Part shown: positions 25,424 through 33,407 of the stretch, one piece after another
Numbering within the stretch: the first letter of the stretch is position 1
Layout of the letters: each line of letters starts with the position of its first letter
Origin: a virus
Strand: one strand, 5' to 3'
Length of the DNA: 43,643 nucleotides
Virus record (IMG/VR): IMGVR_UViG_3300045988_006838
Coordinates: 1 to 43,643 of that record
Position numbers and translations under genes: made by a program
Notes under the pieces: model-generated
The model's database searches: none
The model's input: the letters and a program-made list of their open reading frames with translations, nothing else
Told to the model about the DNA's origin: nothing

Positions 25424-26240
25424 GGCTTCCCTCCAAAACCGACTTGACGAAACTGAGCTGTTCCTTCGCCTTGCCGCGCCGGATGCTGTCACCGCGAAAT
25501 ACCAAAGGTGCGCACATTTCCAGCACACGGTCATAAATGCGTTGATAAGCCATATTTTTGGGTTTGCAGATTTCGTCCAGCGTCAGGTTTGTGGTCACGA
25601 TCAATGGCTTCTTGGCCTTGTAGCGCTCATCAATGACCATGTAGACCGTTTCCAGCGCATAATCACTGTTCCGTTCCGCACCCAGATCGTCAATGACCAG
25701 CAGGGGATAATAGCGCATCTGGTCAATGATGTCCTGCTTGTCATATCCGGCGCTTAGAATGCGCGGAAAGCTTGTAATCATGGCGGGAATCCCCCGGTCG
25801 ATCAACTGGTTTGCAATGCAGGCCGCCGCGAAGGTCTTTCCATTGCCCGTGTTGCCCCACAGCAGCAAGCCGCTGTTGCTCTGCGCCATCTCGTCCCATA
25901 GGTCTGCGTATCGCCTGCACTTGGCAAGCTCGTTCGTCATGGTAGCGCCGTCAAACCGGCAACCAGTAAGGCTCTTATCGCGTATGCCGTCCGCGCGAAG
26001 CGTTTCAATGCGCAGGCGCAGTTCCTGATCTTGCCGCGCTTTTTTCTCTGCCTCGTACTTTCTGGCGGCGCAGGCGCACTGGCACTTGACGATCCGCACC
26101 GTCCCAGCAATGTCGATACGGCATTGCTTCGGCGTGTCGCAATGACCGCAATACAGCAGACCGTCCTTCTCGTAGTCCAGAACATCGCAGTCCTGCGCAA
26201 CGTTCTGCGCAATGCTGTCGATGATGAAATCTGCGTTCAT
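25413..26240 (-). CDS. DnaC/IstB-like AAA+ helicase loader with N-terminal Cys-rich region
   Basis: Walker A GNTGNGKT, Walker B LLVIDDLG, sensor TTNL; follows replisome organiser. Confidence 0.85.
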   Translation of the reverse strand: MNADFIIDSIAQNVAQDCDVLDYEKDGLLYCGHCDTPKQCRIDIAGTVRIVKCQCACAARKYEAEKKARQDQELRLRIETLRADGIRDKSLTGCRFDGATMTNELAKCRRYADLWDEMAQSNSGLLLWGNTGNGKTFAAACIANQLIDRGIPAMITSFPRILSAGYDKQDIIDQMRYYPLLVIDDLGAERNSDYALETVYMVIDERYKAKKPLIVTTNLTLDEICKPKNMAYQRIYDRVLEMCAPLVFRGDSIRRGKAKEQLSFVKSVLEGSHDI

Positions 26241-26869
26241 AAACTGCCCTCCGTATTGCCGTAGTCATACGAAAATCCGCTTTTCGCGTTCTTCTGTTCA
26301 TCCTTCCAGCGAGTTTCCCAGCCTTGAACAGCCCGTTTCCAGTCTTTCATGCGGTTTTTGCCTACCATCCATCCCTTTTGTGCATAGAAGCAAACAAACT
26401 GCTCTGCGTTGATGTGATAGCCTTTTTCTCGGCAATATTGCTCCACGTCGGAAATGGATGGTGGGATAAATCGCGCCTCGCGCATATCTCTCTTGCCATC
26501 GTTAGATGGCAGAGCATTGGTTTCGGTATCGGTTTTGGTTTCGGTATAGCCATTTTTGCCATTAGCATCAGTGGCTTTGCTATTTTTGCCATTGGCAAAA
26601 ATGCCTTTGCCATTTTGCCATCTTGCGTCAGCTCCGGCTTTTCCAGCCTCTCGCCTTGCATCGGACACTTCCTTGTAGTTTGCCTTGAATCGATCTTCCT
26701 GTGCCATCACGCGTTTAGCGTAAAATCTCTCATTGCCACAGAGCGCTATCTGCTCTCCCGTCATGCTGTATGCCAGCAATGCCCGCGTTAGCCGACCGAA
26801 CTCTGCATCGTTGAGTGCTTCCATCTCCTCTAAATAATCATAGGGGAGTGCAGCGTAGTTTCTTGCCAT
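26237..26869 (-). CDS. Replication initiation / replisome organiser protein
   Basis: 210 aa; upstream of DnaC-like loader; low-complexity linker over DNA iterons; C-terminal ...EQYCREKGYHINAEQFVCFYAQKGWMVGKNRMKDWKRAVQGWE typical of phage replisome organisers. Confidence 0.55.
   Translation of the reverse strand: MARNYAALPYDYLEEMEALNDAEFGRLTRALLAYSMTGEQIALCGNERFYAKRVMAQEDRFKANYKEVSDARREAGKAGADARWQNGKGIFANGKNSKATDANGKNGYTETKTDTETNALPSNDGKRDMREARFIPPSISDVEQYCREKGYHINAEQFVCFYAQKGWMVGKNRMKDWKRAVQGWETRWKDEQKNAKSGFSYDYGNTEGSL
26519..26622. repeat. Iteron-like repeat cluster inside the replisome organiser gene (candidate ori)
   Basis: GGTTTCGGTAT x2 (26519, 26537); TTTGCCAT(T) x4 (26555, 26585, 26606, 26614); inverted TTTTTGCC att GGCAAAAA (26583..26601). 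Confidence 0.45.
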
Positions 26870-26881
26870 CGTGACACCACC

Positions 26882-27310
26882 TCAAAACGGCAAATCTTCT
26901 TCGTCCTCGACCTCGGCAAACTCTCCCTCGCCCGGCTCCACGTCCACGGCCTTGCCTGCCGCCTTGTAGCCGCCGGAGGAATCGCCCTCCTTCTTGCTGT
27001 CGCCAAAGTACACGTTGTCGGCCACGACCTCTGCATTGCGGCGCTTGTTGCCGTTCTTGTCCGTCCAGTCACGAATCTGCAACCGGCCCTCCACGATGGC
27101 CATACGACCTTTGGTGAAGTACTTGCTGACGAACTCGGCGCTGCTGCGCCATGCCACCACCTCGATGAAGTCCGTCTCCTTGGTGCCGTCGGCGTTCTTA
27201 AAATCCCGGTCAACGGCCAGCGCGAACCCGGCCACCGCCGTACCGTTCTGCGTCCGCCGCAGCTCCGGATCGCGGGTCAGGCGTCCCATGATGAAAATCT
27301 TATTCAGCAT
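26882..27310 (-). CDS. ssb: Single-stranded DNA-binding protein
   Basis: OB-fold N-terminus MLNKIFIMGRLTRDPELRRTQNGTAVAGFALAV..., acidic tail ending EDEEDLPF. Confidence 0.95.
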   Translation of the reverse strand: MLNKIFIMGRLTRDPELRRTQNGTAVAGFALAVDRDFKNADGTKETDFIEVVAWRSSAEFVSKYFTKGRMAIVEGRLQIRDWTDKNGNKRRNAEVVADNVYFGDSKKEGDSSGGYKAAGKAVDVEPGEGEFAEVEDEEDLPF

Positions 27311-27522
27311 TTCTTATCCTCCAGTCTGTACTCGGCGAAGCTCACGCTCTCGCCGAACCTGTTTTTCTCTGATACCGTCCGCTTCCGGATGGCGTGGCCC
27401 GCTTTCTTCAGATCCCAGATCCTCGCGCCCAGCCGGTAACAGCCAAACTCCTTGGCCGCGTCCAGCTGGGTAATGGGGCCAACGTCCCGCATATACCGCA
27501 GGATTTTCTCACACTGTGTCAT
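27304..27522 (-). CDS. Winged-helix DNA-binding protein
   Basis: ATG 27522 with TAGGAGA RBS; ILRYMRDVGPITQLDAAKEFGCYRLGARIWDLKKAGHAI. Confidence 0.55.
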   Translation of the reverse strand: MTQCEKILRYMRDVGPITQLDAAKEFGCYRLGARIWDLKKAGHAIRKRTVSEKNRFGESVSFAEYRLEDKKC

Positions 27523-27530
27523 AGGGTCTC

Positions 27531-27815
27531 CTATAAGTAGCTCTTGCCGAACGCCCGGATAAACTCCGCCTCCGTCCAGCCCTGTTCCTGCATGATCTTC
27601 ACTTGAAACTCCCGGCGCAGGCGGCGCATCACGTCCCCGTCCCGGTGGACGGCGTGTTCTCCGTTCCGGTGGCACGCATTGCCGCACAGGTCTACCACAG
27701 CGCCGTATTTCTCGCTTTTCTTCCGGTCAGCGTGGTTCCCACCAAACACATGGTGCCGCTCCAGCGGGTCGGCGCTGCCGTTTTTGCGGCAGAAATAACA
27801 CCGTCTCTCACCCAT
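27531..27815 (-). CDS. Small Cys/His zinc-binding (HNH-like) phage protein
   Basis: 94 aa; CYFC...LERHHVFGG...LCGNACHRNGEHAVH. Confidence 0.45.
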   Translation of the reverse strand: MGERRCYFCRKNGSADPLERHHVFGGNHADRKKSEKYGAVVDLCGNACHRNGEHAVHRDGDVMRRLRREFQVKIMQEQGWTEAEFIRAFGKSYL

Positions 27816-28371
27816 TCATCAATACCTCCGTTCCGTCAGGTACATACTCCGGGCAGTAATGGATGGCGAAAGATGTGACCTCGCCCGCATTCCCCTGATA
27901 TTTCGTGGTGGGGGTCGCGTCCCAGCCCTTCACAGGCTCCGGATACTTCTGCGACCAGCTGCACCCTCCGGCGTAGTTCCGGCACGTCCAGCATGGTTGG
28001 GGATGGCCGGGGCGGCGGTCTGCCTTTCTCCTCGCCTTACAGCCGCAGCTGTATGCGCCTCTCAGATTCCGCGCCAGTACCACCCGCGTCTTGCCGCAGT
28101 CGCACACGCAGAGCCATTTCGGCCCGTCCGGCCCCGATCCGAGACAGTGGTCAACCACCAGCATCCCGTGCCGCTCTCCCGTGTGGTCAGTGCGGCGCGG
28201 CCCCGTTGTGCCGCCCCGGTGCAGTTGCTTCCCCGGCCGGAAGGTCGCTTCCCACGTCCACCCCCTGTCCAGCCGGTTCCGCAGCGTCTTTTGCGGCAGA
28301 TTCAGTTCCTTCGCCCATTGCCGCATCGTCAGGGACTTCCCGTGGGCGGTGTAGATTTTCGCCGCGCTCAT
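27808..28371 (-). CDS. Hypothetical HTH plus zinc-ribbon protein
   Basis: ATG 28371 (ATGA overlap, GAGGTGA RBS); SLTMRQWAKELNLPQKTLRNRL; WLCVCDCGKT...YSCGC. Confidence 0.5.
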   Translation of the reverse strand: MSAAKIYTAHGKSLTMRQWAKELNLPQKTLRNRLDRGWTWEATFRPGKQLHRGGTTGPRRTDHTGERHGMLVVDHCLGSGPDGPKWLCVCDCGKTRVVLARNLRGAYSCGCKARRKADRRPGHPQPCWTCRNYAGGCSWSQKYPEPVKGWDATPTTKYQGNAGEVTSFAIHYCPEYVPDGTEVLMNG

Positions 28372-28913
28372 ACGCTCACCTCGCCCCACCGGGACACAAG
28401 CGCGTCCAGCTCTCTGGGCGTCATAGTTTCGATGCCATTTTGTTTGCAGTCCGCCACCACCAACTCAATGAGCTGTGACATCTGAGCCGTGTCGTAATCG
28501 CTGGAAGATAGGTAAGACCGGACAGTGTGATAGCCCTTGATGTTGCGGCACGGCCCCATGTCCTCGATCATCCGGCCAATATGGCCGCTGCACCAGACCT
28601 TTTCCCATGCGTCAATGCGATCCTCCCGCACCGGCACCACCTCATAGCCGCCGCCGATATCCGGGATATAGGCCAGGTAGATGCCCTCCGGCTCGATCTT
28701 CAGCTTGTCCGCCAGCCGATTCACCAGCACCCAGAAATAGGCGTTGGCGTCCAGACTGCGGCCCTTGCGCTTCAACGTCAGGTTGTATTCCTTCCCGGCT
28801 TTCAGGCTGTCGCACACGTCCATAGCCGTCTTGTCGCTGCCTACCCGGAAGGCCAGCCACGACCCGTCGCCGTCCCGCAGCCACCGTGCGGCGTCCACCG
28901 TCACCTGCTGCAT
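28368..28913 (-). CDS. NinB/Orf-like recombination mediator
   Basis: ATG 28913 with AAAGGAGGAAG RBS; KRKGRSLDANAYFWVLVNRLA parallels the NinB RSLDQN..LW motif; sits in the exonuclease/annealase module. Confidence 0.45.
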   Translation of the reverse strand: MQQVTVDAARWLRDGDGSWLAFRVGSDKTAMDVCDSLKAGKEYNLTLKRKGRSLDANAYFWVLVNRLADKLKIEPEGIYLAYIPDIGGGYEVVPVREDRIDAWEKVWCSGHIGRMIEDMGPCRNIKGYHTVRSYLSSSDYDTAQMSQLIELVVADCKQNGIETMTPRELDALVSRWGEVSV

Positions 28914-29485
28914 GGCACTTCCTCCTTTCGGGGCCACCGGCCTGTTTTCAGGCACGTGGCCAGATACCGCAGGCGGGGCAGATACTTCTCCTCCACCCAC
29001 GTCTCATCGTACTCGATGGGCCACAGGCTGATCCTGCCGGGGTCGACGGGCAAAAAGAAGTTCTGCTTCTCCGCTTCGCCGACCGGATAGGCCGCGATCC
29101 GGCAGGCTTTCCGCCGCCGCAGGCCCCACCCACTGGCAAACATCTCCACCTGACACTGCATCCAGTAGGCGCGGCTCACCTTGAAGGGAGCCTTGCTGTA
29201 GGTCTTGACCTCCGTAACGGTCTGGGCATCGTCCCCGTCGTAGTTCACCCGCAGCCGCAGGGCGTAAACCTTGATCTGCCGGTCATGGGTCTTTACCCCC
29301 AGCGCGTCCAGGATTTTGTGTTCATAGGCCGTGCCCGCCTGCATGGCGGCGTTGGTGTAGTGATCCTGCCGGATGCCCAGCTTCACCGCCCACCACTTTC
29401 GGAACGTCTCCGTCTCCCACGATCCCATGATGGTAGCCGTGTCGCTGGCCCCGAACCACCCGCTCCTGTCCTGATCGTGGATCAC
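28901..29485 (-). CDS. YqaJ-like viral recombinase exonuclease (PD-(D/E)XK)
   Basis: GTG start overlapping annealase stop; N-terminal SGWFGASDTATIMG motif; adjacent to annealase. Confidence 0.65.
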   Translation of the reverse strand: MIHDQDRSGWFGASDTATIMGSWETETFRKWWAVKLGIRQDHYTNAAMQAGTAYEHKILDALGVKTHDRQIKVYALRLRVNYDGDDAQTVTEVKTYSKAPFKVSRAYWMQCQVEMFASGWGLRRRKACRIAAYPVGEAEKQNFFLPVDPGRISLWPIEYDETWVEEKYLPRLRYLATCLKTGRWPRKEEVPCSR

Positions 29486-30132
29486 AGCTTGCTCACCGCT
29501 TTCTCAAGGCCGTCCAGCTTGGCGAAGTAGCCCATCAGCTGGTTCAGCTGCTTGTCGTTGATCCGCAGGGCGGCCAGCAGGTCTTTGTGATCCAGCCCCG
29601 CCTTTTCCTTGGCGGTAATAGCCCGCTCCAGCCGTTCCCGGATGGCCCAGATGCTGTGGCGGCTCAGATCGTCCTCGCCGTCGTCCCCGTCGCCGCTCTC
29701 GGCCCACAGGTCAAAGCCCAGTCCCGTTCGCAGCGCCACGCCCTTCACGAAGGCGCGGGCCTGCGCGTTGGAAATACGCAGCTGGTTCAGCGTGTCCTCA
29801 TAGACCACCAGCGCCCCGTTCAGCAGCGGCGTGTCCATGTTGAACACCAGCTCGTCGATGTGGATTTCCACGCTGACGAACCAGCACTGCGTCTTGTAGC
29901 CCTTCCGGGTGGTCACGTCCGCCTGCGGCCACAGATAGGTCTTTGTCTCCGGGCAGACGCGGGGCGTAAACCATACGTCCTTCGCGCCGTTCTCGTGCAG
30001 CAGCTTCACACACTTGGCCCAGTTCAGATAGGGGATATCCACCACGTTTCCGTTGTCGTCCTTGGCCTTCCGCGTCTCGCAGAAGGGTCTCACATCGACC
30101 TTAATCAGTTCTTCAAAGGGTAACAGTGCCAT
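29482..30132 (-). CDS. Rad52/Sak-type single-strand annealing protein
   Basis: 216 aa; RBS GGAGGCAAAG; IPYLNWAKCVKLLHENGAKDVWF resembles the YLSWA...L...P signature; acidic linker; exonuclease downstream. Confidence 0.55.
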   Translation of the reverse strand: MALLPFEELIKVDVRPFCETRKAKDDNGNVVDIPYLNWAKCVKLLHENGAKDVWFTPRVCPETKTYLWPQADVTTRKGYKTQCWFVSVEIHIDELVFNMDTPLLNGALVVYEDTLNQLRISNAQARAFVKGVALRTGLGFDLWAESGDGDDGEDDLSRHSIWAIRERLERAITAKEKAGLDHKDLLAALRINDKQLNQLMGYFAKLDGLEKAVSKL

Positions 30133-30481
30133 TTTTCTTTGCCTCCTTATAAATTTTCTTCAAATCCGCCCAGCTGTTGCCGTCCAGCACATCGTCCAGC
30201 CAAGCCCCTTCCGTGTCGCCCAGCTCCTGAGCGCCTTTTTCAAACAGGTTGATGATGGCGATCCTCCGACAGTCCGGGCAGAGATACCATGTCTGGTAGT
30301 GCTCTACAAAACCGCATTCATCCCAGCTGGAATAGCTGTCGCAGATATCGCAGGGATAGGCCTCTTCAAAGTCGGTGTCGCCGCAGCAGGGACACACCTT
30401 CGCCCCGTGGCCTTTGTCCCAAAAATCGGGATCATACCGGGGTTCCTCGAATTCCCGCCCGGTCTCATTGCATCGGTACAT
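30113..30481 (-). CDS. Cys-rich zinc-finger protein
   Basis: 122 aa; RBS AAGGAGAAA; CPCCGD...CDIC...CPDC. Confidence 0.55.
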   Translation of the reverse strand: MYRCNETGREFEEPRYDPDFWDKGHGAKVCPCCGDTDFEEAYPCDICDSYSSWDECGFVEHYQTWYLCPDCRRIAIINLFEKGAQELGDTEGAWLDDVLDGNSWADLKKIYKEAKKNGTVTL

Positions 30482-30491
30482 ACGTTTCTCC

Positions 30492-30520
30492 TTGACATCC
30501 GCCCCAAAGGGCGGTAAACT
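30492..30520 (+). promoter_or_regulatory. Sigma70-type promoter TTGACA-17-TAAACT, antisense to the early operon
   Basis: TTGACA 30492..30497, TAAACT 30515..30520; the -35 box overlaps the RBS of the minus-strand gene 30113..30481. Confidence 0.5.
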
Positions 30521-30526
30521 GTTCCT

Positions 30527-30590
30527 GTAAAATCTTTTTCAAGGGTTTTGCCCGCCCCGACGGAGTGCCAGCTCCGCCGGGGCTTTTTTT
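30527..30590 (+). ncRNA. Candidate roughly 64-nt antisense sRNA ending in an intrinsic terminator
   Basis: GCCCCGACGGAG tgccag CTCCGCCGGGGC followed by T7 (30584..30590), only in plus orientation; lies in the intergenic gap of minus-strand genes. Confidence 0.5.
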
Positions 30591-30592
30591 AC

Positions 30593-31333
30593 TTACATCA
30601 TCACGACCACACGGCCATCGTCGATCATGTCCTTCAGCGCTTCCTCCAGATATGCCTTGATGGTCTTGCGGGCCGCCAGCTTCCACATGCCGCCGTCCGC
30701 TTCCGTGAAAGTGATGCCCCGCTCGTCAATGCGGATCAGGAACAGGCCCTCCGGCTGCTCCACCTCCTGAAAGGTGCGGTAAGGCCGCAGCTTCACCAGC
30801 GGGCGTATGGTGCTGTTCTGCTGCAAACTCACGCCCTTCTGGGTCACGACCGTAGTGGCCACGCCGATATCGTTGTAAGTGACCTTCGCGCCGCAGGTGA
30901 TCTGGCTCAGCAGTGTCAGGGTGTAATCGCGGTCGCCGCCATCCTGAAAACGGGTCTGCAAGGCCACAGCCGCCTTGTCAAAGGCCATCTTCACCTCGCC
31001 GTCCCAGCCGGGAACGTCCTTTGCCTGCGCCTCGTAGTAGAAAATACGCTCCTCCCGCAAGTCCTTCTGCGGATGGCCAAAGCAGGCCACGGTCATGTGA
31101 TCCTTCACGGACAGATACAGCTTGTCCGCACAGCGATCAACGCTGACGCCCTCCGTCCTGACCATCTGCACCAGCGCGTCCAGACTGTTCAGAGACAGGC
31201 AGCTCTGATAGACCGCCTCCGGGATGATCTCCTGCGATTCGCCGTCTTTGTTCACGGCGTAGGTGCAACCATCCTTGTCCAAAATGATCGGCTTTGCCAG
31301 TTCCTCGATCTTCTCAATGGCTTCTTTTAACAT
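30593..31333 (-). CDS. Hypothetical early protein
   Basis: 246 aa; RBS AAAAAGGAGAAAG. Confidence 0.55.
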   Translation of the reverse strand: MLKEAIEKIEELAKPIILDKDGCTYAVNKDGESQEIIPEAVYQSCLSLNSLDALVQMVRTEGVSVDRCADKLYLSVKDHMTVACFGHPQKDLREERIFYYEAQAKDVPGWDGEVKMAFDKAAVALQTRFQDGGDRDYTLTLLSQITCGAKVTYNDIGVATTVVTQKGVSLQQNSTIRPLVKLRPYRTFQEVEQPEGLFLIRIDERGITFTEADGGMWKLAARKTIKAYLEEALKDMIDDGRVVVMM

Positions 31334-31349
31334 GGTTCTTTCTCCTTTT

Positions 31350-31718
31350 TTATTCGAAATTGACCAGCTTCAAGCGGGCCGGTGCTTCCTGTTCGCTGCC
31401 GTCAACGGCAATCTGGCCGGGAATCTGCGGCACCATCTCCACCACCGTATGCTCGTCCACGGCGTACAGCATCGTGGTAGCGGGGTTGGACGGGGCCAGC
31501 GTCGTCTTGACCAAGCAGTTGACCACAATGTTCTGGCGGGTGTCGTCGGGGCAAAGCTCCAGCGTGATGGTCACTTTGCGCTTTGTCTTGGCAGCTGTGT
31601 TGGGGTCGAAGATGTTTTCCATCAGGTGCGGCATTTCGTAGTCCACGCGCTCCTGAAAGGCGCCCCGGCACATCTGCAAGATAGACCGCTGGGCCTCTTC
31701 TCGGTTTTCGATCTGCAA
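31350..31718 (-). CDS. Hypothetical early protein
   Basis: 122 aa; TTG start 6-7 nt after AAGGAGG. Confidence 0.5.
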   Translation of the reverse strand: MQIENREEAQRSILQMCRGAFQERVDYEMPHLMENIFDPNTAAKTKRKVTITLELCPDDTRQNIVVNCLVKTTLAPSNPATTMLYAVDEHTVVEMVPQIPGQIAVDGSEQEAPARLKLVNFE

Positions 31719-31755
31719 AATAATTCCTCCTTTTCAGCGGGCGTTACCCGCAAAA

Positions 31756-31992
31756 TCATCTCTTGTGTCTGTGTTTCATGCGGGCTTTTTTCGCGGAGGC
31801 TTTCCGCTTTCCGGCGCTGGCGTCCCGCGAAGCCTCGGCAGCTGCGGCCCGTGCGGCATACACCTTGTCCCGCGCCGCCCGATACTCGGCGTACCCGTGG
31901 GAGCAGTGCAGCATGCAGTCGCCGCTTCTGTCCGGACAGTCCGGCGTACAGGGGCTTTGCGGTGTCACCTGGTGTTCCATCATCACGCTCAT
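31756..31992 (-). CDS. Small Cys-rich protein with basic tail
   Basis: 78 aa; RBS GGAGGTATTGG; CTPDCPDRSGDCMLHC; C-terminal KRKASAKKARMKHRHKR. Confidence 0.5.
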   Translation of the reverse strand: MSVMMEHQVTPQSPCTPDCPDRSGDCMLHCSHGYAEYRAARDKVYAARAAAAEASRDASAGKRKASAKKARMKHRHKR

Positions 31993-32297
31993 TTTCCCAA
32001 TACCTCCAGCAGCTTGTCCCGCTTGCGGAACCGCTCCAACGGAAGTGCACCGCTTTCAAGCCGCGCGATGGAGCTTTGGCCGCAGCCTACCGCCTCGCCA
32101 AGCCCTCGCTGTGACCATCCCATCCGTGTGCGGGATTTCTTGATCCAGCGCTGGCTTTCAGCAAACTTCGCCTGATTCTCGGCGTACCGCACCCGCTGTT
32201 TCTGCGCGATAAACGCCCCGTTGACGGCCCGGTACTCCCGCATATACTGCGTGATATGCTCCCTATGTTCCTCATAATAGGAGCGTCCGGCACTCAT
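31989..32297 (-). CDS. XRE-family HTH protein
   Basis: ATG 32297 with GGAGGGGCGGAG RBS (track start is an extension); ...RMGWSQRGLGEAVGCGQSSIARLESG. Confidence 0.6.
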   Translation of the reverse strand: MSAGRSYYEEHREHITQYMREYRAVNGAFIAQKQRVRYAENQAKFAESQRWIKKSRTRMGWSQRGLGEAVGCGQSSIARLESGALPLERFRKRDKLLEVLGK

Positions 32298-32383
32298 CTC
32301 CGCCCCTCCAGCCGGTCGATCAGGTGCATGAACTGCACGGCCGCGGTCAGCGCTCCGATATAGATCATGATGTAGGCGATCAT
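32294..32383 (-). CDS. 29-aa hydrophobic micropeptide, not in ORF track
   Basis: MIAYIMIYIGALTAAVQFMHLIDRLEGRR; ATGA overlap with the next gene. Confidence 0.35.
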   Translation of the reverse strand: MIAYIMIYIGALTAAVQFMHLIDRLEGRR

Positions 32384-32385
32384 GT

Positions 32386-32586
32386 TTACACCGTCCTTTC
32401 TGCGATCCATTTGTCCAGCAGCGCCCGGAAGATCTGGAACGACCGTCGGCCCTGATCGTTGACGATGCAAAAGCCAAACTCGAACTTGCCTTGTTCCAGT
32501 CCGTTTGCCAGCACAACGTTTCCGATCTTAAAGCCGTGGCCGCGCAAATACTCCGCCGTCTGATTCAAACTCAATGTTTCGATCAT
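32386..32586 (-). CDS. Small DNA-binding protein (excisionase-like HTH)
   Basis: 66 aa; ETLSLNQTAEYL...FRALLDKWIAE shape resembles Xis/MerR-type small HTH proteins. Confidence 0.4.
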   Translation of the reverse strand: MIETLSLNQTAEYLRGHGFKIGNVVLANGLEQGKFEFGFCIVNDQGRRSFQIFRALLDKWIAERTV

Positions 32587-32591
32587 GTCTC

Positions 32592-32620
32592 TTGCCTTTC
32601 TTTCGCCCCTGTGTTACAAT
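32592..32620 (+). promoter_or_regulatory. Sigma70-type promoter TTGCCT-17-TGtTACAAT, antisense to the early operon
   Basis: TTGCCT 32592..32597; extended -10 TGTTACAAT ending at 32620. Confidence 0.55.
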
Positions 32621-32626
32621 AGGGCA

Positions 32627-32695
32627 AACACAAGGGATTGTGTTTCCATTTCCTCGCCCTGTTCGGTCTCCCACACCGAACGGGGCGCTTTTTTT
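32627..32695 (+). ncRNA. Candidate roughly 70-nt antisense sRNA (5' hairpin, linker, intrinsic terminator)
   Basis: ACACAAgggaTTGTGT (32628..32643); CGCCCTGTTCGG...CCGAACGGGGCG plus T7 (32689..32695), plus orientation only. Confidence 0.55.
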
Positions 32696-32843
32696 AGTAA
32701 TTGCACAGCTGCTCGCACAGGTCATGGCACGGGCAGCTCTTGCAATCGCATTCCAGAGGATTCTTGTGTTCGCACAAAGTGTCAGGCCGGGCCAGAAACT
32801 CCCGCTCAAGCGCCTGATATTCGGGGTTGCTGTACTTCATCAT
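32694..32843 (-). CDS. 49-aa Cys-rich protein, not in ORF track
   Basis: RBS AAGGAGAA; MMKYSNPEYQALEREFLARPDTLCEHKNPLECDCKSCPCHDLCEQLCNY. Confidence 0.5.
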   Translation of the reverse strand: MMKYSNPEYQALEREFLARPDTLCEHKNPLECDCKSCPCHDLCEQLCNY

Positions 32844-32855
32844 TCGTTCTCCTTG

Positions 32856-33044
32856 TCATTCGTCTTTCTTCAACAGTTCGTCCACCGTGCAGCCGTACAG
32901 CTCGGCGATCTCCGGCAAGCGGCTGGCTCTCGGTGCCTGCGTGCCGGTCTCCCACATGTAAACCGCCGCATCCGTCACCTTTAGTTTCTCGATTACCTGC
33001 TTGACACTCAGACCAGCGGCCAATCGAGCGCTGCGAAAACTCAT
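32856..33044 (-). CDS. Cro-like XRE-family HTH regulator (first gene of early operon)
   Basis: ATG 33044 with GGAGGTGAAAGA RBS; MSFRSARLAAGLSVKQVIEKLKVTDAAVYMWETG; divergent from the CI-like gene. Confidence 0.7.
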   Translation of the reverse strand: MSFRSARLAAGLSVKQVIEKLKVTDAAVYMWETGTQAPRASRLPEIAELYGCTVDELLKKDE

Positions 33045-33079
33045 TCTTTCACCTCCAGTTTGCATTTACTTAGTTTTCG

Positions 33080-33108
33080 TTGACTGTGGCGGGGGAATTT
33101 GTTATACT
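33080..33108 (+). promoter_or_regulatory. Promoter TTGACT-17-TATACT (rightward)
   Basis: TTGACT 33080..33085, TATACT 33103..33108; its -10 overlaps the -10 of the leftward promoter. Confidence 0.5.
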
Positions 33109-33128
33109 GCCTTTAGCCCTTGCGGCAA
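33101..33128 (-). promoter_or_regulatory. Promoter TTGCCG-16-TATAAC (leftward, Cro operon)
   Basis: Minus strand TTGCCG (33128..33123) and TATAAC (33106..33101), about 45 nt upstream of the cro RBS. Confidence 0.45.
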
Positions 33129-33407
33129 ATTTAAGGAGGTGGACTTTTTGACCAACCTTTTGACTTTGCCCGTTCCAGACCGAAGTACCGGCGCAATGCG
33201 ATAGGGTCAGGCTGCCCCAGAACTGCCAAAGTGAGCGGTGCGTCACAGAAACGGAAGTCCGTTTTTCGTCAGACTGGCATTTCCGAGCCGCAAGAATGAC
33301 GGCTTGGCCATCGGCTAAGGATTGCCGGTGAACAGTCTGTGCAGCGCACTCTGGTAACAAATCTGGGAGGAAAACGCCCGCAAACGGACTGCGGGTGTTT
33401 TTCTTTT
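33115..33407 (+). ncRNA. Candidate roughly 290-nt transcript bounded by promoter 33080 and terminator 33375..33407 (contains an 18-codon mini-ORF)
   Basis: AAGGAGGTGG plus TTG mini-ORF (MTNLLTLPVPDRSTGAMR, 33136..33192); CGCCCGCAaacggacTGCGGGTG plus TTTTTCTTTT. Confidence 0.35.
33375..33407 (+). terminator. Rho-independent terminator inside the switch region
   Basis: 8-bp stem (one G-U), 7-nt loop, T-rich tail tttttctttt. Confidence 0.6.

Noticed and set aside
30548-30590. Hairpin plus T-tract at 30548..30590 (and at 32655..32695) as terminators of the minus-strand early operon
   Set aside because: The U-tract follows the hairpin only on the plus strand. On the minus strand the hairpin is preceded, not followed, by the A/U run. 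Together with upstream plus-strand promoters, they are better read as ends of antisense sRNAs.
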